Assembly (NCBI GenBank): GCA_964247055.1
Contig: OZ176058.1
Location: 4,030,001-4,094,000 of the forward strand
Source: Paragordius varius
Taxonomy: Eukaryota; Animalia; Nematomorpha
DNA: 64,000 bases
Direction: 5' to 3'
Shown here: in pieces, positions 1 through 14,200 of the stretch
Numbering within the stretch: position 1 is the first letter of the stretch
Layout of the letters: each line of letters starts with the position of its first letter
The notes under the pieces: model-generated
What the model saw: only the letters and a program-made list of their open reading frames with translations
What the model was told of the DNA's origin: nothing
Databases searched by the model: none
Made by a program: the position numbers and the translations under genes

Positions 1-3000
1 TATTTTCAATAATCAAATAATTTTTCCAACAATCAAATTATGTTGTCTTTTAACTTACTGTTTCCAACAATCAAACATATATTTTCAACAATCAAATAAT
101 TTTTCCAACAATCAAAATATGTTGCCCAATAGCTTTTTAGTATTTCCAAAAATCAAACATATATTTTCAACAATCAAATAATTTTTCCAACAATCAAAAT
201 ATGTTTTCTTTTAACTTTTTAGTGTTTCCAACGATCAAACATATATTTTCAACAATAAAATAATTTTTTTAACAATCAAAATATGTTGCCCAATAGCTTT
301 TTAGTATTTCCAACAATCAAATAATTTTTCCAACAATCAAATTATGTTGTCTTTTAACTTATTAGTGTTTCCAACAATCAAACATATATTTTCAACAATC
401 AAATAATTTTTCCAACAATCAAAATATGTTGCCCAATAGCTTTTTAGTATTTCCAACAATCAAACATATATTTTCAACAATCAAACATATATTTTCAACA
501 ATCAAATAATTTTTCCAACAATCAAAATATGTTGCCCAATAGCTTTTTAGTGTTTCCAACAATGAAACATATATTTTCAACAATCAAACATATTTTTTCG
601 ACAATCAAATAATTTTTCAAACAATCATAATATGTTGCCTAACAGCTTTTTAATCTTTCCAACAATCAAGCATATATTTTCAACAATCATATAATTTATT
701 CAACAATCAAATTATGTTGTCTTTTAACTATTTATTGTTTCCAACAATCAAACATATATTTTCAACAATCAAATAATTTTAACAATCAAAATATGTTTTC
801 TTTTAACTTTTTAGTGTTTCCAACAAGTAATCATATATTTTCAACAATCATATTTATTCAACAATCAAATTTTGTTTTCTTTTAACTTTTTAGTGTTTCC
901 AACAATCAATCATATATTTTTAACAATCAAATAATTTTTTTAACAATCAAAATATGTTGACCAATAGCTTTTTAGTATTTCCAACAATCAAATAATTTTT
1001 CCAACAATCAAAATATGTTTTCTTTTAACTTTTAGTGTTTCCAACAATTAAATAATTTTTCAACAATCAAATTATGTTGTCTTTTATCATTTTAGTGTTT
1101 CCAACAATCACATATATTTTCAACAAACAAATATTTTTTCCAACAATCAAAATATGTTGCCCAATAGCTTTTTAGTATTTCCAACAATCAAACATATATT
1201 TTCAATAATCAAATAATTTTTCCAACAATCAAATTATGTTGTATTTAAACTTTTTACTGTTTCCAACAATCAAACATATATTTTCAACAATCAAATAATT
1301 TTTCCAACAATCAAAATATGTTGCCCAATAGCTTTTTAGTATTTCCAAAAATCAAACATATATTTTCAACAATCAAATAATTTTTCCAACAATCAAAATA
1401 TGTTTTCTTTTAACTTTTTAGTGTTTCCAACAATCAAACATATATTTTCAACAATAAAATAATTTTTTTAACAATCAAAATATGTTGCCCAAGAGCTTTT
1501 TAGTATTTCCAACAATCAAATAATTTTTCCAACAATCAAATTATGTTGTCTTTTAACTTATTAGTGTTTCCAACAATCAAACATATATTTTCAACAATCA
1601 AATAATTTTTACAACAATCAAAATATGTTGCCCAATAGTTTTTTAGTGTTTCCAACAATTAAATAATTTTTTCAACAATCAAATTATGTTGTCTTTTAAC
1701 TTTTTAGTGTTTCCAACAATGAAACATATATTTTCAACAATCAAACATATTTTTTCGACAATCAAATAATTTATCAAACAATCATAATATGTTGCCTAAC
1801 AGCTTTTTAATCTTTCCAACAATCAAGCATATATTTTCAACAATCATATAATTTATTCAACAATCAAATTATGTTGTCTTTTAACTATTTATTGTTTCCA
1901 ACAATCAAACATATATTTTCAACAATCAAATTATGTTGTATTTAACTTTTTAGTGTTTCCAACAATCAATCATACATTTTCGACAATCAAATAATTTCTC
2001 CAACAATCAAAATATGTTGCCCAATAGTTTTTTAGTGTTTCTAACAATTAAATAATTTTTTCAACAATCAAATTATGTTGTCTTTTAACTTTTTAGTGTT
2101 TTCAACAATCAAACATATATTTTCAACAATCAAATAATTTTCCAACAATAAATATGTTGCTTAAAAGTTTTTTAGTGTTTCCAACAATTAAATAATTTTT
2201 TCAACAATCAAATTATGTTGTCTTTTAACTTTTTAGTGTTTCCAACAATCAAACATATATTTTCAACAATCAAATAATTTTTCCAACAATCAAAATATGT
2301 TGCCCAATAGCTTTTTAGTATTTCCAACAATCAAACATATATTTTCAATAATCAAATAATTTTTCCAACAATCAAATTATGTTGTCTTTTAACTTTTTAG
2401 TGTTTCCAACAATCAATCATATATTTTAACATTCAAATTAATTTCTCCAACAATCAAAATAATATTACCCAATAGCTTTTTAGTGTTTCCGATTTCCAAC
2501 AATCAAAATTTGATTTCTTTTAACTTTTTAGTGTTTCCAACAATCAAACATATATTTTCAACAATCAAATAATTTTTCCAACAATCAAATTATGTTGTCT
2601 TTTAACTTTTTAGTGTTTCCAACAATCAATCATACATTTTCGACAATCAAATAATTTCTCCAACAATCAAAATATGTTGCCCAATAGTTTTTTAGTGTTT
2701 CCAACAATTAAATAATTTTTTCAACAATCAAATTATGTTGTCTTTTAACTTTTTAGTGTTTTCAACAATCAAACATATATTTTTAACAATCAAATAATTT
2801 CTCCAACAATCAAAATATGTTGCCCAATAGTTTTTTAGTGTTTCCAACAATTAAATAATTTTTTTAACAATCAAATTATGTTGTCTTTTAACTTTTTAGT
2901 GTTTTCAACAATCAAACATATATTTTCAACAATCAAATAATTTTCCAACAATAAATATGTTGCCCAATAGTTTTTTAGTGTTTCCAACAATTAAATAATT

Positions 3001-4351
3001 TTTTCAACAATCAAATTATGTTGCCTTTTAACTTTTTAGTGTTTCCAACAATCAAACATATATTTTGAACAATCAAATAATTTATCCAACAATCAAAATA
3101 TGTTGCCCATTAGTATTTCCAACAATCAAACATATATTTTCAACAATCAAATCATTTTTCCAACAATCAAATTATGTTGAATAGCTTTTAGTGTTTCCAA
3201 CAATCAAACATATATTTTCAAAATCAAATATTTTGCAACAATTAAATTATGTTTTTTAACTTTTTAGTGTTTCCAACAATCAAACATATCTTTTCAATAA
3301 TCAAATAATTTTTCCAACAATCAAATTATGTTGTCTTTTAACTTTTTAGTGTTTCCAACAATCAAACATATATTTTCAACAATCAAATAATTTTTCCAAC
3401 AATCAAAATATGTTGCCCAATAGCTTTTTAGTATTTCCAACAATCAAACATATATTTTCAACGATCCAATAATTTTTCCAACAATCAAAATATGTTTTCT
3501 TTTAACTTTTTAGTGTTTCCAACAATCAAACATATATTTTCAACAATCAAATAATTATTTTAACAATCAAAATATGTTGCCCAATAGCTTTTTAGTATTT
3601 CCAACAATCAAATAATTTTTCCAACAATCAAAATATGTTTTCTTTTAACTTTTTAGTGTTTCCAACAATCAAACATATATTTTCAACAATCAAATAATTT
3701 TTACAACAATCAAAATATGTTGCCCAATAGTCTTTTAGTGTTTCCAACAATTAAATAATTTTTTCAACAATCAAATTATGTTGTCTTTTAACTATTTATT
3801 GTTTCCAACAATCAAACATATATTTTCAACAATCAAATAATTTTAACAATCAAAATATGTTTTCTTTTAACTTTTTAGTGTTTCCAACAAGTAATCATAT
3901 ATTTTCAACAATCATATTTATTCAACAATCAAATTTTGTTTTCTTTTAACTTTTTAGTGTTTCCAACAATCAATCATATATTTTTAACAATCAAATAATT
4001 TTTTTAACAATCAAAATATGTTGACCAATAGCTTTTTAGTATTTCCAACAATCAAATAATTTTTCCAACAATCAAAATATGTTTTCTTTTATCATTTTAG
4101 TGTTTCCAACAATCACATATATTTTCAACAAACAAATATTTTTTCCAACAAACAAAATATGTTGCCCAATAGCTTTTTAGTATTTCCAACAATCAAACAT
4201 ATATTTTCAATAATCGAATAATTTTTCCAACAATCAAATTATGTTGTCTTTTAACTTACTGTTTCCAACAATCAAACATATATTTTCAACAATCAAATAA
4301 TTTTTCCAACAATCAAAATATGTTGCCCAATAGCTTTTTAGTATTTCCAAA

Positions 4352-7300
4352 AATCAAACATATATTTTCAACAATCAAATAATTTTTCCAACAATCAAAA
4401 TATGTTTTCTTTTAACTTTTTAGTGTTTCCAACAATCAAACATATATTTTCAACAATAAAATAATTTTTTTAACAATCAAAATATGTTGCCCAATAGCTT
4501 TTTAGTATTTCCAACAATCAAATAATTTTTCCAACAATCAAATTATGTTGTCTTTTAACTTATTAGTGTTTCCAACAATCAAACATATATTTTCAACAAT
4601 CAAATAATTTTTCCAACAATCAAAATATGTTGCCCAATAGTTTTTAGTCTTTACAACAATGAAACATATATTTTCAACAATCAAATAATATTTCCAACAA
4701 TCAAAATATGTTGCCCAATAGCTTTTTAGTATTTCCAACAATCAAACATATATTTTCAACGATCCAATAATTTTTCCAACAATCAAAATATGTTTTCTTT
4801 TAACTTTTTTGTGTCCAACAATCAAACATATATTTTCAACAATCAAATAATTATTTTAACAATCAAAATATGTTGCCCAATAGCTTTATAGTATTTCCAA
4901 CAATCAAATAATTTTTCCAACAATCAAAATATGTTTTCTTTTAACTTTTTAGTGTTTCCAACAATCAAACATATATTTTCAACAATCAAACATATTTTTT
5001 CGACAATCAAATAATTTTTCAAACAATCATAATATGTTGCCTAACAGCTTTTTAATCTTTCCAACAATCAAGCATATATTTTCAACAATCATATAATTTA
5101 TTCAACAATCAAATTATGTTGTCTTTTAACTATTTATTGTTTCCAACAATCAAACATATATTTTCAACAATCAAATAATTTTAACAATCAAAATATGTTT
5201 TCTTTTAACTTTTTAGTGTTTCCAACAATTAATCATATATTTTCAACAATCATATTTATTCAACAATCAAATTTTGTTTTCTTTTAACTTTTTAGTGTTT
5301 CCAACAATCAATCATATATTTTTAACAATCAAATAATTTTTTTAACAATCAAAATATGTTGACCAATAGCTTTTTAGTATTTCCAACAATCAAATAATTT
5401 TTCCAACAATTAAAATATGTTTTCTTTTAACTTTTTAGTGTTTCCAACAATCAAACATATATTTTCAACAATCAAATAATTTTTACAACAATCAAAATAT
5501 GTTGCCCAATAGTTTTTAGTGTTTCCAACAATGAAACATATATTTTCAACAATCAAATAATTTTTCAAACAATCAAAATATTGCCCAATAGCTTTTAGTG
5601 TTTCCAACAATCCTACATATATTTTCAACAATCGAATAATTTTTCAAACAATCAAAATATGTTGCCCAATAGCTTTTTAGTATTTCCAACAATCAAACAT
5701 ATATTTTCAACAATCAAATAATTTTTCCAACAATCAAATTATGTTGTCTTTTAACTTTTTAGTGTTTCCAACAATCAATCATATATTTTCAACAATCAAA
5801 TAATTTCTCCAACAATCAAAATATTATGCCCAATAGCTTTTTAGTGTTCCCAATTTCCAACAATCAAAATTTGATTTCTTTTAACTTTTTATCAAACATA
5901 TATTTTCAACAATGAAATAATTTTTCCAACAATCAAAATATGTTGCCCAATAGCTTTTTAGTATTTCCAACAATCAAACATATATTTTCAACAATCAAAT
6001 AATTTTTCCAACAATCAAAATATGTTGCTCAATACCTTTTAATATTTCCAACAATCAAAGATATATTTGCACAATCAAATATTTTACAACAATTAAATGT
6101 TTTTTATTTTTTTAGTGTTTCCAACAATCAAACATATATTTTCAACAATCAAATAATTTTTCCAACAATCAAATTATGTTGTCTTTTAACTTTTTAGTGT
6201 TTCCAACAATCAATCATACATTTTCGACAATCAAATAATTTCTCCAACAATCAAAATATGTTACCCAATAGTTTTTTAGTTTTTCCAACAATTAAATAAT
6301 TTTTTCAACAATCAAATTATGTTGTCTTTTAACTTTTTAGTGTTTCCAACAATCAAACATATATTTTCAACAATCAAATAATTTTGCAACAATAAATATG
6401 TTGCCCAATAGTTTTTTAGTGTTTCCAACAATTAAATAATTTTTTCAACAATCAAATTATGTTGTCTTTTAACTTTTAATGTTTCCAACAATCAAACATA
6501 TATTTTCAACAATCAAATAATTTTTCCAACAATCAATGTTGCCCAATAGCTTTTTAGTATTTCCAACAATCAAACATATATTTTCAACAATCAAATAATT
6601 TTTCCAACAATCAAAATATGTTTTCTTTTAACTTTTTAGTGTTTCCAACAATCAAACATATATTTTCAACAATAAAATAATTTTTTTAACAATCAAAATA
6701 TGTTGCCCAATAGCTTTTTAGTATTTCCAACAATCAAATAATTTTTCCAACAATCAAATTATGTTGTCTTTTAACTTATTAGTGTTTCCAACAATCAAAC
6801 ATATATTTTCAACAATCAAATAATTTTTCCAACAATCAAAATATGTTGCCCAATAGTTTTTAGTCTTTACAACAATGAAACATATATTTTCAACAATCAA
6901 ATAATATTTCCAACAATCAAAATATGTTGCCCAATAGCTTTTTAGTATTTCCAACAATCAAACATATATTTTCAACGATCCAATAATTTTTCCAACAATC
7001 AAAATATGTTTTCTTTTAACTTTTTTGTGTCCAACAATCAAACATATATTTTCAACAATCAAATAATTATTTTAACAATCAAAATATGTTGCCCAATAGC
7101 TTTATAGTATTTCCAACAATCAAATAATTTTTCCAACAATCAAAATATGTTTTCTTTTAACTTTTTAGTGTTTCCAACAATCAAACATATATTTTCAACA
7201 ATCAAACATATTTTTTCGACAATCAAATAATTTTTCAAACAATCATAATATGTTGCCTAACAGCTTTTTAATCTTTCCAACAATCAAGCATATATTTTCA

Positions 7301-8993
7301 ACAATCATATAATTTATTCAACAATCAAATTATGTTGTCTTTTAACTATTTATTGTTTCCAACAATCAAACATATATTTTCAACAATCAAATAATTTTAA
7401 CAATCAAAATATGTTTTCTTTTAACTTTTTAGTGTTTCCAACAATTAATCATATATTTTCAACAATCATATTTATTCAACAATCAAATTTTGTTTTCTTT
7501 TAACTTTTTAGTGTTTCCAACAATCAATCATATATTTTTAACAATCAAATAATTTTTTTAACAATCAAAATATGTTGACCAATAGCTTTTTAGTATTTCC
7601 AACAATCAAATAATTTTTCCAACAATTAAAATATGTTTTCTTTTAACTTTTTAGTGTTTCCAACAATCAAACATATATTTTCAACAATCAAATAATTTTT
7701 ACAACAATCAAAATATGTTACCCAATAGTTTTTAGTGTTTCCAACAATGAAACATATATTTTCAACAATCAAATAATTTTTCAAACAATCAAAATATTGC
7801 CCAATAGCTTTTAGTGTTTCCAACAATCTTACATATATTTTCAACAATCGAATAATTTTTCAAACAATCAAAATATGTTGCCCAATAGCTTTTTAGTATT
7901 TCCAACAATCAAACATATATTTTCAACAATCAAATAATTTTTCCAACAATCAAATTATGTTGTCTTTTAACTTTTTAGTGTTTCTAACAATCAATCATAT
8001 ATTTTCAACAATCAAATAATTTCTCCAACAATCAAAATATTATGCCCAATAGCTTTTTAGTGTTCCCAATTTCCAACAATCAAAATTTGATTTCTTTTAA
8101 CTTTTTATCAAACATATATTTTCAACAATGAAATAATTTTTCCAACAATCAAAATATGTTGCCCAATAGCTTTTTAGTATTTCCAACAATCAAACATATA
8201 TTTTCAACAATCAAATAATTTTTCCAACAATCAAAATATGTTGCTCAATACCTTTTAATATTTCCAACAATCAAAGATATATTTGCACAATCAAATATTT
8301 TACAACAATTAAATGTTTTTTATTTTTTTAGTGTTTCCAACAATCAAACATATATTTTCAACAATCAAATAATTTTTCCAACAATCAAATTATGTTGTCT
8401 TTTAACTTTTTAGTGTTTCCAACAATCAATCATACATTTTCGACAATCAAATAATTTCTCCAACAATCAAAATATGTTACCCAATAGTTTTTTAGTTTTT
8501 CCAACAATTAAATAATTTTTTCAACAATCAAATTATGTTGTCTTTTAACTTTTTAGTGTTTCCAACAATCAAACATATATTTTCAACAATCAAATAATTT
8601 TGCAACAATAAATATGTTGCCCAATAGTTTTTTAGTGTTTCCAACAATTAAATAATTTTTTCAACAATCAAATTATGTTGTCTTTTAACTTTTAATGTTT
8701 CCAACAATCAAACATATATTTTCAACAATCAAATAATTTTTCCAACAATCAATGTTGCCCAATAGCTTTTTAGTATTTCCAACAATCAAACATATATTTT
8801 CAACAATCAAATAATTTTTCCAACAATCAAAATATGTTTTCTTTTAACTTTTTAGTGTTTCCAACAATCAAACATATATTTTCAACAATAAAATAATTTT
8901 TTTAACAATCAAAATATGTTGCCCAATAGCTTTTTAGTATTTCCAACAATCAAATAATTTTTCCAACAATCAAATTATGTTGTCTTTTAACTT
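4352..8993 (+). repeat. Direct tandem duplication, 2216-bp unit (~27 monomers, ~2.1 copies)
   Basis: Offset 2216 for independent markers: 5039/7255, 5872/8088, 6027/8243, and ORF pairs 4538/6754 and 5410/7626. A few SNPs separate the copies (e.g. TCCTAC vs TCTTAC, GTTGCCC vs GTTACCC). Confidence 0.92.
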
Positions 8994-11221
8994 TTTAGTG
9001 TTTCCAACAATCAAACATATATTTTCAACAATCAAATAATTTTTCCAACAATCAAAATATGTTTTCTTTTAACTTTTTAGTTTTTCCAACAATCAATCAT
9101 ATATTTTCAACAATCAAATAATTTCTCCAACAATCAAAATATGATGTCCAATAGCTTTTTAGTGTTTCCAATTTCCAACAATCAAAATTTGATTTCTTTT
9201 GACTTTTTAGTGTTTCCAACAATCAAACATATATTTTCAATAATCAAATAATTTTTCCAACAATCAAATTATGTTGTCTTTTAACTTTTTACTGTTTCCA
9301 ACAATCAAAAATATATTTTCAACAATCAAATAATTTTTCCAACAATCAAAATATGTTGCCCAATAGCTTTTTGGTATTTATAAAAACAAACATATATTTT
9401 CAACAATCAAATAATTTTTCCAACAATCAAAATATGTTTTCTTTTAACTTTTTAGTGTTTCCAACAATCAAACATATATTTTCAACAATAAAATAATTTT
9501 TTTAACAATCAAAATATGTTGCCCAATAGCTTTTTAGTATTTCCAACAATCAAATAATTTTTCCAACAATCAAATTATGTTGTCTTTTAACTTATTAGTG
9601 TTTCCAACAATCAAACATATATTTTCAACAATCAAATAATTTTTCCAACAATCAAAATATGTTGCCCAATAGCTTTTTAGTATTTCCAACAATCAAACAT
9701 ATATTTTCAACAATCAAATAATTTTTCCAACAATCAAAATATGTTTTCTTTTAACTTTTTAGTGTTTCCAACAATCAAACATATATTTTCAACAATCAAA
9801 TAATTTTTCCAACAATCAAAATATGTTGCCCAATAGCTTTTTAGTATTTCCAAAAATCAAACATATATTTTCAACGATCCAATAATTTTTCCAACAATCA
9901 AAATATGTTTTCTTTTAACTTTTTAGTGTTTCCAACAATCAAACATATATTTTCAACAATCAAATAATTATTTTAACAATCAAAATATGTTGCCCAATAG
10001 CTTTTTAGTATTTCCAACAATCAAATAATTTTTCCAACAATCAAAATATGTTTTCTTTACTTTTTAGTGTTTCCAACAATCAAACATATATTTTCAGCAA
10101 TCAAATAATTTTTCCAACAATCAAAATATGTTGCCCAATAGTTTTTTAGTGTTTCCAACAATTAAATAATTTTTTCAACAATCAAATTATGTTGCCCAAT
10201 AGCTTTTTAGTATTTCCAACAATCAAACATATATTTTCAACGATCCAATAATTTTTCCAACAATCAAAATATGTTTTCTTTTAACTTTTTAGTGTTTCCA
10301 ACAATCAAACATATATTTTCAACAATCAAATAATTATTTAAACAATCAAAATATGTTGCCCAATAGCTTTTTAGTATTTCCAACAATCAAATAATTTTTC
10401 CAACAATCAAAATATGTTTTCTTTTAACTTTTTAGTGTTTCCAACAATCAAACATATATTTTCAACAATCAAATAATTTTTACAACAATCAAAATATGTT
10501 GCCCAATAGTCTTTTAGTGTTTCCAACAATTAAATAATTTTTTCAACAATCAAATTATGTTGTCTTTTAAATTTTTAGTGTTTCCAACAATGAAACATAT
10601 ATTTTCAACAATCAAACATATTTTTTCGACAATCAAATAATTTTTCAAACAATCATAATATGTTGCCTAACAGCTTTTTAATCTTTCCAACAATCAAGCA
10701 TATATTTTCAACAATCATATAATTTATTCAACAATCAAATTATGTTGTCTTTTAACTATTTATTGTTTCCAACAATCAAACATATATTTTCAACAATCAA
10801 ATAATTTTAACAATCAAAATATGTTTTCTTTTAACTTTTTAGTGTTTCCAACAAGTAATCATATATTTTCAACAATCATATTTATTCAACAATCAAATTT
10901 TGTTTTCTTTTAACTTTTTAGTGTTTCCAACAATCAATCATATATTTTTAACAATCAAATAATTTTTTTAACAATCAAAATATGTTGACCAATAGCTTTT
11001 TAGTATTTCCAACAATCAAATAATTTTTCCAACAATCAAAATATGTTTTCTTTTAACTTTTAGTGTTTCCAACAATTAAATAATTTTTCAACAATCAAAT
11101 TATGTTGTCTTTTATCATTTTAGTGTTTCCAACAATCACATATATTTTCAACAAACAAATAATTTTTCCAATCAAAATATGTTGCCCAATAGCTTTTTAG
11201 TATTTCCAACAATCAAACATA

Positions 11222-14200
11222 TATTTTCAATAATCAAATAATTTTTCCAACAATCAAATTATGTTGTCTTTTAACTTACTGTTTCCAACAATCAAACATA
11301 TATTTTCAACAATCAAATAATTTTTCCAACAATCAAAATATGTTGCCCAATAGCTTTTTAGTATTTCCAAAAATCAAACATATATTTTCAACAATCAAAT
11401 AATTTTTCCAACAATCAAAATATGTTTTCTTTTAACTTTTTAGTGTTTCCAACGATCAAACATATATTTTCAACAATAAAATAATTTTTTTAACAATCAA
11501 AATATGTTGCCCAATAGCTTTTTAGTATTTCCAACAATCAAATAATTTTTCCAACAATCAAATTATGTTGTCTTTTAACTTATTAGTGTTTCCAACAATC
11601 AAACATATATTTTCAACAATCAAATAATTTTTCCAACAATCAAAATATGTTGCCCAATAGCTTTTTAGTATTTCCAACAATCAAACATATATTTTCAACA
11701 ATCAAACATATATTTTCAACAATCAAATAATTTTTCCAACAATCAAAATATGTTGCCCAATAGCTTTTTAGTGTTTCCAACAATGAAACATATATTTTCA
11801 ACAATCAAACATATTTTTTCGACAATCAAATAATTTTTCAAACAATCATAATATGTTGCCTAACAGCTTTTTAATCTTTCCAACAATCAAGCATATATTT
11901 TCAACAATCATATAATTTATTCAACAATCAAATTATATTGTCTTTTAACTATTTATTGTTTCCAACAATCAAACATATATTTTCAACAATCAAATAATTT
12001 TAACAATCAAAATATGTTTTCTTTTAACTTTTTAGTGTTTCCAACAAGTAATCATATATTTTCAACAATTTATTCAACAATCAAATTTTGTTTTCTTTTA
12101 ACTTTTTAGTGTTTCCAACAATCAATCATATATTTTTAACAATCAAATAATTTTTTTAACAATCAAAATATGTTGACCAATAGCTTTTTAGTATTTCCAA
12201 CAATCAAATAATTTTTCCAACAATCAAAATATGTTTTCTTTTAACTTTTAGTGTTTCCAACAATTAAATAATTTTTCAACAATCAAATTATGTTGTCTTT
12301 TATCATTTTAGTGTTTCCAACAATCACATATATTTTCAACAAACAAATATTTTTTCCAACAATCAAAATATGTTGCCCAATAGCTTTTTAGTATTTCCAA
12401 CAATCAAACATATATTTTCAATAATCAAATAATTTTTCCAACAATCAAATTATGTTGTCTTTTAACTTACTGTTTCCAACAATCAAACATATATTTTCAA
12501 CAATCAAATAATTTTTCCAACAATCAAAATATGTTGCCCAATAGCTTTTTAGTATTTCCAAAAATCAAACATATATTTTCAACAATCAAATAATTTTTCC
12601 AACAATCAAACATATATTTTCAACATTCAAATAATTTTTCCAACAATCAAAATATGTTGCCGAATAGCTTTTTAGTGTTTCCAACTATCAAACATATATT
12701 TTCAACAATCAAATAATTTTTTCTACAATCAAATTATGTTGTCTTTTAACTTTTTAGTGTTTCCAACAATCAAACATATTTTTTCGACAATCAAATAATT
12801 TTTCAAACAATCATAATATGTTGCCTAACAGCTTTTTAATCTTTCCAACAATCAAGCATATATTTTCAACAATCATATAATTTATTCAACAATCAAATTA
12901 TGTTGTCTTTTAACTATTTATTGTTTCCAACAATCAAACATATATTTTCAACAATCAAATAATTTTAACAATCAAAATATGTTTTCTTTTAACTTTTTAG
13001 TGTTTCCAACAAGTAATCATATATTTTCAACAATCATATTTATTCAACAATCAAATTTTGTTTTCTTTTAACTTTTTAGTGTTTCCAACAATCAATCATA
13101 TATTTTTAACAATCAAATAATTTTTTTAACAATCAAAATATGTTGACCAATAGCTTTTTAGTATTTCCAACAATCAAATAATTTTTCCAACAATCAAAAT
13201 ATGTTTTCTTTTAACTTTTAGTGTTTCCAACAATTAAATAATTTTTCAACAATCAAATTATGTTGTCTTTTATCATTTTAGTGTTTCCAACAATCACATA
13301 TATTTTCAACAAACAAATATTTTTTCCAACAATCAAAATATGTTGCCCAATAGCTTTTTAGTATTTCCAACAATCAAACATATATTTTCAATAATCAAAT
13401 AATTTTTCCAACAATCAAATTATGTTGTCTTTTAACTTACTGTTTCCAACAATCAAACATATATTTTCAACAATCAAATAATTTTTCCAACAATCAAAAT
13501 ATGTTGCCCAATAGCTTTTTAGTATTTCCAAAAATCAAACATATATTTTCAACAATCAAATAATTTTTCCAACAATCAAAATATGTTTTCTTTTAACTTT
13601 TTAGTGTTTCCAACAATCAAACATATATTTTCAACAATAAAATAATTTTTTTAACAATCAAAATATGTTGCCCAATAGCTTTTTAGTATTTCCAACAATC
13701 AAATAATTTTTCCAACAATCAAATTATGTTGTCTTTTAACTTATTAGTGTTTCCAACAATCAAACATATATTTTCAACAATCAAATAATTTTTCCAACAA
13801 TCAAAATATGTTGCCGAATAGCTTTTTAGTGTTTCCAACTATCAAACATATATTTTCAACAATCAAATAATTTTTTCTACAATCAAATTATGTTGTCTTT
13901 TAACTTTTTAGTGTTTCCAACAATCAAACATATTTTTTCGACAATCAAATAATTTTTCAAACAATCATAATATGTTGCCTAACAGCTTTTTAATCTTTCC
14001 AACAATCAAGCATATATTTTCAACAATCATATAATTTATTCAACAATCAAATTATGTTGTCTTTTAACTATTTATTGTTTCCAACAATCAAACATATATT
14101 TTCAACAATCAAATAATTTTAACAATCAAAATATGTTTTCTTTTAACTTTTTAGTGTTTCCAACAAGTAATCATATATTTTCAACAATCATATTTATTCA

